From Chloroflexota bacterium (GTDB lineage Bacteria; Chloroflexota; Dehalococcoidia; UBA2979), in NCBI GenBank assembly GCA_027593235.1, contig JAQCIU010000002.1:91357-155356 (forward strand): a DNA stretch of 64,000 nt. Reading direction: 5' to 3'. Shown in pieces: positions 56,981 to 64,000 of this stretch. Below the pieces are notes generated by a model, which was given only the letters and a program-made list of their open reading frames with translations, ran no database searches and was not told where the DNA came from. Position 1 is the stretch's first letter, and every line of letters begins with the position of its first letter. Made by a program: the position numbers and the translations under genes.

Positions 56981-58143
56981 AGGATGCGATCCGCCTGGCG
57001 GATGCAGCGACGAGTCCACATGCCGAGGTCCGTGTCGCCCTCGTACAGGACGTAGCGATGGCTCGCCTCCTGCTCGGCGAGCCAAGCGATCAGCTCGGGA
57101 TCGGTGAAGACGGGCGGGCCCCCGCCCGCGTCCGGGTTCGCGTGCGCGGTGACCTGCTCCTGCGTGATCAGCGCGGTGGGGCCGATCCGCCCCATCGCGT
57201 CCGCGAGCTGACGCGCCACCTCGCGAACCGGCGCGCCGGGGCTGGCGGCGATGATTGCGTAGCTACTCGCCTCGGGCGCGACCGCGGTATTCGCCGTCGT
57301 GACGCGCAGCCGGGTAACCAGGTCGCGGTTGATCCGCAGCAGGATCTCCGGCGCCGACGCGGCGACCTGGAGGAGCAGCGCCTGCGCGATCCGGATCACC
57401 TCGCTGTCGCGCGCCGCAACGACCGCGGCGGAGCGTGGCTCGCCGGTCAGCGCGCCCATCTCGCCGACCACCTCGCCACGGCCGATCTCGGCGACGAAGT
57501 CGTCGCCCCGCCCGCCCGCTTGTAGGACGCGGAAGCGTCCGCTGATCACCAGGTACAGCGCATCACCGGGGTCCCCCGCCGCGAACAGTCGTTCGCCGCC
57601 CGGGACCGTGAGCCATTCCGCGCCATCCTCGACGGTGCGGAGTGCCGCATCGATGCCGCCTGTCGCATGGTCGCCGCTGGCCCCCGCCGCCACCGTCGAA
57701 TCGGCCGCGTGCTCCGGTGTCGTCCCGAACGCTTCGAGGTAGCCCGCGCGAACCGCGGGGTCGTCCGCACCGAGCGCCGCCAGCGCCGCCGGTGCCGCTT
57801 CGGCGGTGAGCCCGAGCTGTGCTGCGAGCCTCCGCAACACTGCCGCCGCCAGCTCCGGCTCCGTCGGTACAAGCATCCGCCACTGCGGCGCGAATCGATC
57901 GAGGTCGCGCGCGAGCAGCGGGCTGTCGGAGGTGGCGCGCTGGCGAACGACGTCGAAGTAGTTGCGGTCGAGTCCGCGTTGGTAGTCGGAGAAGTCACCC
58001 AGGAAGTACGCGTTCAGTGCCCGCCGCGTCTCGTCCCGCATGTAGAGCACGCGGCTCTCGATCGCGCCCGCCGTGCGTCGCGCGCGGCGCTGCTGCGGGA
58101 GCCGCCCGGAGAGCAGTTCCTCGCGGCTAATCGACCCCGTCAT
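56965..58143 (-). pseudogene. cNMP-binding / NTE-patatin-type protein, C-terminally truncated
   Basis: cNMP domain (LFAAGDPGDALYLVISG, GEVVGEMGALTGEPRSAAVVAARDS) and NTE linker (WLAEQE...WTRRCIRQADRIL), then a stop; no patatin GGGARG/GxSxG/DGG motifs. Confidence 0.75.
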
Positions 58144-58907
58144 GCCGGTTCGCCGTCGGGCGTTGCCGCCAGCTCCTCCGCGACCCGTCGCAGTTCGCGG
58201 GTGATCAGGTGATCCGGGTACCGCAGGGTGAAGACGGCGCTGCTGGCCAACTCCATCATCGTGTCGCTGTGCGGCAGCACCGCGCCAACGTGGCAGTGAT
58301 AGGTCTCTTCGACCTGCCGCCGGATCTGGTCGCGGTCCAGGTCCGCTGGTGTCTTGTTCACCAGCAACGTCATCTGCGGCACCTCGAGCGACCGCGCGAC
58401 CTCGACGGTGACCGCCGTGCCCTCGTAGTCCTGTTGGTCCGGGCGCATCACGATCAGCACGGCGTTCGAAATCGCCAGCGCGAACAGCGTCTCTTCGTTC
58501 AATCCGGGGTGCGTGTCGATGAAGAGGATGTCGAGGTTCAGGACCTCGATCAGCTCGCGGAACGCCGTCGTGAGCCGTCGGATGTCGTAGCCCTCGCGAA
58601 GCACGTGCACGATCTCGTCAGTTCGCATGCTGGAGGGAATCAGGAAGAGTTCGCCCGCGACCTCGTCCGCCAGCACGCGATGCGCGGTTTCGGCGATTGC
58701 CGCTTTGCCGGCGAGGTAGTCGTTCAGGGTGGAGGAGACCTCGCTGCCCTTGAGCCCGAAGATCACGTGGATGCCGGGGGACTGCACGTCCGTGTCGACG
58801 ATCCCGACGCGTTTCCCCTGCGCTGCGAGCAGCGTGGCGATGCCCGCAGTCGCATTCGACTTCCCGGTGCCGCCGCGGAACGAGTGCACGGAGATGATTT
58901 TGGCCAT
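58140..58907 (-). CDS. MinD/ParA-family ATPase
   Basis: HSFRGGTGKS deviant Walker A, DTDVQSPG, IDTHPGLNEE, RPDQQDYEGT, VNK; ATGA overlap with the next gene. Confidence 0.9.
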   Translation of the reverse strand: MAKIISVHSFRGGTGKSNATAGIATLLAAQGKRVGIVDTDVQSPGIHVIFGLKGSEVSSTLNDYLAGKAAIAETAHRVLADEVAGELFLIPSSMRTDEIVHVLREGYDIRRLTTAFRELIEVLNLDILFIDTHPGLNEETLFALAISNAVLIVMRPDQQDYEGTAVTVEVARSLEVPQMTLLVNKTPADLDRDQIRRQVEETYHCHVGAVLPHSDTMMELASSAVFTLRYPDHLITRELRRVAEELAATPDGEPA

Positions 58908-59069
58908 GCCGCGTCTCCTCCATCGTCCCCGGGCCGCCTGGTGAGCGGAATGGTACAGCGGGCCGCGCGCACTTCCGAGGTGACAAAGTCACGGCAACCT
59001 CGCCCGGTCGTTGCGGACCGCGGCGCTACGCTCTGAGGCACTGAACGCGGTGATCACGGCGGAGGCTGA

Positions 59070-59519
59070 ATGGGATCGCTCTCGCGCACACTGAAGGAAC
59101 TCGTCACACCGACGCGACGGGCAGGGCTGCTGGTCGCTGGTGACGCGGCGGTCCTCGTGGTCTTCGCGATCCTCGGACGCCGCACCCACGACGAGGCGAC
59201 GGGGTTCGCTGCCGCACTGGCGGTGCTCGGGACGGCGCTGCCGTTCGTCCTCGGATGGCTCGCCGTAGCTCCGTTGCTGGGCGCGCTGCGCGGCGAGCGG
59301 ACGCGCTCGCTGCCGGCGATGGTCGAGCGCAGCGCACTGGCATGGCTCGGCGCGTTCCCGATCGCCGTCGCGATCCGGGCGCTGGCCCTCGGGCGGTTCA
59401 GCCCATGGACGTTCTATGTCGTCGCGTTCACCGTCCCGCTGCTGATGCTGCTGGCGTGGCGTACGGTCTTCACGCTGGTAGCGCCTCGATTCGCGACGCG
59501 CGCCCCGGCACCTCGATAG
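59070..59519 (+). CDS. DUF3054 membrane protein
   Basis: GDAAVLVVFAILGRRTH, TALPFVLGW, WR tail. Confidence 0.85.
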   Translation: MGSLSRTLKELVTPTRRAGLLVAGDAAVLVVFAILGRRTHDEATGFAAALAVLGTALPFVLGWLAVAPLLGALRGERTRSLPAMVERSALAWLGAFPIAVAIRALALGRFSPWTFYVVAFTVPLLMLLAWRTVFTLVAPRFATRAPAPR

Positions 59520-59576
59520 CCACGCCGCCAGCCCTCGTAGCCGCGCCACGCCGGCTGCTCACGTGGAGCAGGGCGG

Positions 59577-60473
59577 TCAACCCAGCGCGAGGACGATTAA
59601 CGCGCCGATGAGACAGAGGAGCGTGCCGACCCCGATCGGAATCGTCGGACGCTCGTTCAGGAAGTACATCGAGAGCGGGACCACCATCAGCGGCGAGGTG
59701 GAGTTCAGGATCACCGCCCGTGCCGCGCCGGCCTCCGCGACGGCGTAGATGTAGAGCACGCTGCCGAGGGCGGTCCCGATCACGCCAATCGCGAACACGA
59801 CCGGCAGGTCGGCCGGGACCGGCAACCGGTGGAGCACGTTGCCGCGCGACGTCGAGGTAGCGACGCAGGCAATCAGCAGCGCTCCCGCGGGGATGCGGAC
59901 CGCGCTGACCGTGAGCACGCTGAGATCGCCCCGACCACCGGCGAGCAGCAGCGTTGCGGCCGCCCAGCACCCCGCGACGACCACGAGCGCTGCGATGGTC
60001 GCCTGGATACTGAATCGCTGTGGCTCACTGGGATCGGGAACGAGCTCGGCGCGTGCCGCCACCACCAGCGAGGTACCCGCGACGACCGCGACGCCGCCCA
60101 CCAGCAGCGGCCACCCGGCCGGTTCGCCCAGCCAGAGCACGCCACCGGCAGCGCTGAGTGCGACGAACAATGCCGTGGTCGCCGGCGCCATGCGTTGCAG
60201 GCCGATCTTCGGCAACACCTGGACGTAGAGCGTGTCACCGAGGCCGTACCCGATGCAGGCGGACAGCACGATCGCGCCGATCGTGCGCGGAGCGGCGTCG
60301 CCCAACTGACTCGCGCCACCGGCCAGCAACATCAGCGCGATCACGATCGGAGAGGCGATGAGGCAGCTGAGGCCGCTGAGCACCGCGCCACCGTAGCGGC
60401 CACTCAGGCGGGCCATGCCGACGCTGGTTCCGGCCCAGCAGATCGCAGAGACGAGCGCGGCGGCTTCGCCCAC
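59577..60473 (-). CDS. DMT/EamA-family transporter
   Basis: About 10 TMs in two EamA repeats (WLGEP; STSPL...LNER); RBS AAGGAG. Confidence 0.85.
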   Translation of the reverse strand: MGEAAALVSAICWAGTSVGMARLSGRYGGAVLSGLSCLIASPIVIALMLLAGGASQLGDAAPRTIGAIVLSACIGYGLGDTLYVQVLPKIGLQRMAPATTALFVALSAAGGVLWLGEPAGWPLLVGGVAVVAGTSLVVAARAELVPDPSEPQRFSIQATIAALVVVAGCWAAATLLLAGGRGDLSVLTVSAVRIPAGALLIACVATSTSRGNVLHRLPVPADLPVVFAIGVIGTALGSVLYIYAVAEAGAARAVILNSTSPLMVVPLSMYFLNERPTIPIGVGTLLCLIGALIVLALG

Positions 60474-60678
60474 CGGTGCTCCTTCGGAGATGGGCGAGGA
60501 TGCGGAGTGAGGCTCACTCCACGACGGAGATGCTACGTCGAGTCGGGCTCAAGTTCTCGCTCGGCGCGGCGTCGAGATTCGGTACCTGATCGGCAGACAC
60601 GGAAAGGTCTCGGCGCCGCCGTTGGGGTAGCTAGATCAGTCGGACGGGCTTGCCGGATTGGGATGGGGCCGTAGTGCC

Positions 60679-61710
60679 TTAGGCCACACCAGAGGGCGAC
60701 TGCATCCCGGTCACCTCGGCGATCAATTCGTAGGACCGAACCCGATCGGCGTGGGCGTGTACCCCAGTGGTAATCATCAGTTCGTCGGCGGCCGTGCGGT
60801 CGACCAACGCCTGCAATTCGTTCCGTACCGTCTCAGGCGAGCCGATCACTTGCGAGCCGAACCGCTGGTCGAGAATCGCCCGTTCCTGCGGCGAATATTC
60901 GTAGGCTTCGGCCTCCTCGGGCGTGGGGAAGCGGCCGGGCCGGCCGCTCCGCAGCCGAACGAAGGACAGCGCGCCGGGGGCGGCGAGGCGACGCGCTTCC
61001 TCGTCGGTCTCGCCGCACACCACCGAGACCCCGAGCATCAGGTAGGGCTTGTCGATGCTGCCGCCCGGACGGAACGCCTCGCGATAGGTCTTCGCCGCCA
61101 GCATCGTGTTGGCGGAGGCGAAGTGGTGCGCGAAGGAGTACGGGAGGCCGAGCACACCTGCCGCCTGCGCTCCGTAGTCCGAGGAACCCAGCATCCATAG
61201 TGCCGGACGGTAGCCCCGCGCGGGCGTGGCGGTGATCGCACTGAAGGGGTGCTCCGGCGGCCAGGTGCCGTCGAAGTAGCCGGAGAGCTCGACCATCTGA
61301 TTCGGGAAGTCCTCGGCGTTGGTGTTGGCGCGGCGGAGCGCATAGGCGGTCAGTTGATCGGTGCCGGGCGCCCGCCCGATCCCGAGGTCGACCCGGCCGG
61401 GATGCAGCGCCTCCAGCATCCCAAACTGCTCGGCGACAACGAGCGCCGAGTGGTTCGGCAGCATCACGCCGCCCGAGCCGATCCGGATCGTCGAGGTCAC
61501 CGAGGCGACGTGCGCCAGCAGCACGGCCGGTGCCGACGACGCGATACCGGGCATGTTGTGGTGCTCGGCAACCCAGTAGCGCTTGAATCCGAGCTGCTCG
61601 ACGCGAGGCGCCAGATCCAACGAGTTCCGGAGGGCATCGGCGGGCGTAAAGCCCTCGGAAACCGGGGCCAGATCGAGGACGGAGAGCGGGACGGCGAACT
61701 GGTTGCTCAC
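60679..61710 (-). CDS. LLM-class flavin-dependent oxidoreductase (YhbW-like)
   Basis: [59 protein letters not shown]. Confidence 0.93.
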   Translation of the reverse strand: MSNQFAVPLSVLDLAPVSEGFTPADALRNSLDLAPRVEQLGFKRYWVAEHHNMPGIASSAPAVLLAHVASVTSTIRIGSGGVMLPNHSALVVAEQFGMLEALHPGRVDLGIGRAPGTDQLTAYALRRANTNAEDFPNQMVELSGYFDGTWPPEHPFSAITATPARGYRPALWMLGSSDYGAQAAGVLGLPYSFAHHFASANTMLAAKTYREAFRPGGSIDKPYLMLGVSVVCGETDEEARRLAAPGALSFVRLRSGRPGRFPTPEEAEAYEYSPQERAILDQRFGSQVIGSPETVRNELQALVDRTAADELMITTGVHAHADRVRSYELIAEVTGMQSPSGVA

Positions 61711-61752
61711 CGCGCGAGCGTACAGCCCCGCGGCGTTCAGGGCTTGGACGCG

Positions 61753-61780
61753 ACGAAACCCGCCGTGAGGCGGGTTTCGT
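61753..61780 (-). terminator. Perfect 12-bp hairpin, terminator-like
   Basis: ACGAAACCCGCC-GTGA-GGCGGGTTTCGT, immediately downstream (minus strand) of the CCA-ending fragment. Confidence 0.65.
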
Positions 61781-61787
61781 GGTGGTG

Positions 61788-61803
61788 TGGTGGAGACGGG
61801 GGA
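61788..61803 (-). other. 3'-end fragment of tmRNA/tRNA-Ala type, probable att junction
   Basis: Minus strand reads TCCCCCGTCTCCACCA: acceptor 3' strand with U70, discriminator A and CCA. No T-loop or 5' half is present. Confidence 0.55.
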
Positions 61804-62178
61804 GGCTCAACCTCTCGAGAGCCGACCAACCTCGTGGCTCGGATCGCCGGACGCACGCCGTGAGGTTCTGGCGGGGTAAGGCGAAGGCTGTGGGGGCACA
61901 GAATCCCATCCGGCTTGCTCGGGGGCGTTTTGTTGCCCCCAGCCGGAAGCTTCAGCACGCGGCAATTGATTGGCGGATCGGGTCGTGCCCACAGGGTGAT
62001 CATGCCGGCCGAGTTCGTAGGCGGGCGGAAGAGGCTGGTCCGATCGCTCAGATCGGCGATTGGGCGCTTCAGGCAGTCATCTCGCAGCTCGTGCTTTGGC
62101 GTCGTTCCGGGTGAAGTGGATCTTCCTCGACAACCTCGGCCTGATCGCGACGGTTGTCGCGACGCGGACTCCACGGTG

Positions 62179-62629
62179 ATGCTGAAGCCGGAGGTGCGAG
62201 GTCGTGATCAGCCACCGCTACCCACCTCGAACCGAGTCGAAGCTCGTTGGGGGATCGACCTTCATCCGATTGACGTGCGGGACGAAGTAGAAGGTCGGTG
62301 GCTACGCGCGCTCGTGTACCCGGAGCACACAGATCGACTCGAGGTCCTCAGGGGGCTCGCAGCGGCCAGCGATCTGGTTACCTCGCTCGAGGAGACGCAT
62401 CGCTTCCACACCATGGGCGAGACAGAGCATGCTTTCGTGGCCTCTCTACTCGAGGAGCACTCCGCCTATCTCGAGTCGATGGACGCGCTGTTCGCGGCAG
62501 TAGATGCCGGCGACCATCAACTCGTAGAGGAAATCCATGAGAACCAGATCGACCCCGTGTTCCACGGTATCGAGGAGGGGGTCGGTGCGGCCGCCGCCAC
62601 GCATCGCGCGACGGCCGAGCGCGCGCTAG
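62179..62629 (+). pseudogene. Chimeric gene debris: DUF2332-like fragment fused to a helical sensor-domain fragment, cut by the IS
   Basis: RWGIDLHPIDVRD...WLRALVYPEHTDRL (DUF2332-like), then HSAYLESMDALFAAVDAGD...IDPVF (four-helix sensor-like); ends at the IS target CTAG. Confidence 0.5.
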
Positions 62630-63929
62630 CAGGCTGCTGAAAAAGGAGAGCGAGGGGTGGTGGCGAGGTAGGATGTGGTCGTGCGGTGGGGCCCGAGGAG
62701 GTGCCCTGTGCGTGGTGACGCCGACCGTCAGGCGAACATGCTGCTGGCGATCACGCCGGACCAGCTGGTTCCCGCCGATCATCCGATCCGCCGCATCAAG
62801 CCGCTCGTCGAAGCGGTACTGGCACGGCTCTCGCCGCTGTTCGACGAGATGTACGCTCGGCGCGGCCGTCCCTCGATCCCGCCGGAACATCTGCTGAAGG
62901 CGAGCCTGCTGATCGCGCTGTTCTCGGTGCGCAGCGAGCGGCAGTTCTGTGAGCGGCTTCAGTACGACCTGCTGTTCAAGTGGTTCCTCGACCTCAACGT
63001 GGGCGACCCGAGCTTCGACCCGACGACCTTCTCGAAGAACCGCGAGCGGCTGCTGCGGCACGCGGTGGCCGACGCCTTCTTCGCCGAGGTGGTGGCGGAG
63101 GCGAAGCGCCGCCGGCTGCTGTCGGCCGACCACTTCACGGTGGACGGCACGCTGCTGGAGGCGTGGGCCTCGCTCAAGAGCTACCGGCCGCGCGACGAGC
63201 AGGACCCGCCAGCCGCCGGTGGGCGCAACCCGGACGTGGACTTCCGCGGCCAGCGCCGCAAACGCGACACGCACGCCTCGCGCACCGATCCGCAGGCGCA
63301 GCTCTACACGAAGGGGTCAGCGCAAGCGGCGAAGCTCTGCTACCTGGGTCATCTGCTGACGGAAAACCGCAATGGACTGATCGTCGGCGTGGAGTTGACC
63401 GAGGCGAACGGCTTTGCCGAGCGGGAGGCGGCGCTGCGGATGCTAGACCGCTGCGTCTTGGGCCCGGCCACGCTGGGCGCCGACCGCGGCTACGACACGC
63501 GTGACTTCGTGGCCCGCTGCCGCCAGCGCGGCGTGACCCCGCACGTGGCGCAACACTCGACCGGGCGGCGCAGCGCGATCGACGGCCGCACCACCCGTCA
63601 CCCGGGCTACCTCGTCAGCCAGCGGCTCCGCAAACGGGTCGAGGAGGTCTTCGGCTGGGGCAAGACGGTCGGCGGGCTGCGCAAGCTGCGCTACATCGGG
63701 CGGGCGCGGAACGAACTCAGCTTCACGATCGCGGCAGCAGCCTACAACTTGCTGCGCATCGCCAAGCTGGAGCTGGCCACAGCGTAGGCGCAGTGTGCCC
63801 TCCGGCCGGTCCGGGAGCGGCCAGCGGGCGACCCGGGCGCCGGGTCCGGGTGAGCACCATCACCGCAGAGGCGTCCCCGCACCCACTTGCTCGCCACTCC
63901 CGCATCAACAGCACTTCTTCAGCAGCCTG
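62630..63929 (+). mobile_element. IS5-family insertion sequence, 1300 bp, complete
   Basis: Terminal IRs CAGGCTGCTGAAAAAG / CTTCTTCAGCAGCCTG (15/16 match) flanked by CTAG at 62626-62629 and 63930-63933. Confidence 0.92.
62708..63787 (+). CDS. IS5-family DDE transposase
   Basis: VPADHPIRRI, GRPSIPPE, SERQFCE, VDGTL, ADRGYD, RKRVEEVFGWGK; GAGGAGG RBS before GTG 62708. Confidence 0.93.
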   Translation: MRGDADRQANMLLAITPDQLVPADHPIRRIKPLVEAVLARLSPLFDEMYARRGRPSIPPEHLLKASLLIALFSVRSERQFCERLQYDLLFKWFLDLNVGDPSFDPTTFSKNRERLLRHAVADAFFAEVVAEAKRRRLLSADHFTVDGTLLEAWASLKSYRPRDEQDPPAAGGRNPDVDFRGQRRKRDTHASRTDPQAQLYTKGSAQAAKLCYLGHLLTENRNGLIVGVELTEANGFAEREAALRMLDRCVLGPATLGADRGYDTRDFVARCRQRGVTPHVAQHSTGRRSAIDGRTTRHPGYLVSQRLRKRVEEVFGWGKTVGGLRKLRYIGRARNELSFTIAAAAYNLLRIAKLELATA

Positions 63930-64000
63930 CTAGGTGACTGGTGTCAATCGAGGGCGGGCACCCTCTCGCCGCGGGGTAACCGGCGGTCCGAGCCGAGGTG

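Noticed and set aside
56981-57085. GTG start at 57085 giving a full-length MBL hydrolase
   Set aside because: The added residues lack MBL N-terminal motifs and lie in an alternative frame of the cNMP gene.
58140-58907. Cell-division MinD or partitioning ParA
   Set aside because: No minC/minE/parB neighbours, no C-terminal membrane-targeting helix evident, and an altered signature Lys.
61788-61900. Complete tRNA or tmRNA gene
   Set aside because: Only the last 15-16 nt match; no TTCGA T-loop and no complementary 5' acceptor strand.

Overview
A GC-rich bacterial chromosome segment, most likely Chloroflexota (Dehalococcoidia/Tepidiformales-like). That assignment is an inference from the fused class III CoA-transferases, several crotonases and LLM monooxygenases, and the style of the Tat-exported family 5 solute-binding protein. 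Left to right it holds: the end of an imuB / ImuB-C / dnaE2 mutagenesis cassette; a start-less pentapeptide-repeat fragment; acyl-CoA catabolic genes; a DUF2235 lipase-like gene coupled to an M23-LysM gene; a class A beta-lactamase-fold lipoprotein with Cys/Asn in place of the SxxK motif; a PAS-GGDEF-EAL gene near a stand-alone BcsA-PilZ synthase; an ArsR/SRPBCC divergon; an ATPase-less peptide-type ABC operon; and a DosS/DosR-like two-component pair preceded by phased DosR-type boxes. Further right are a murJ / GMC (frameshifted in a CG repeat) / GT2 cluster and a MinD-like + cNMP/NTE + metallo-beta-lactamase operon damaged by an internal deletion. At the far right, a tmRNA/tRNA-Ala-like 3' fragment with a terminator marks a probable island junction, followed by gene debris and a complete IS5-family element with a CTAG target duplication. 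No complete rRNA, tRNA or CRISPR array was seen. All family assignments come from motif recognition by eye; no database searches were run.
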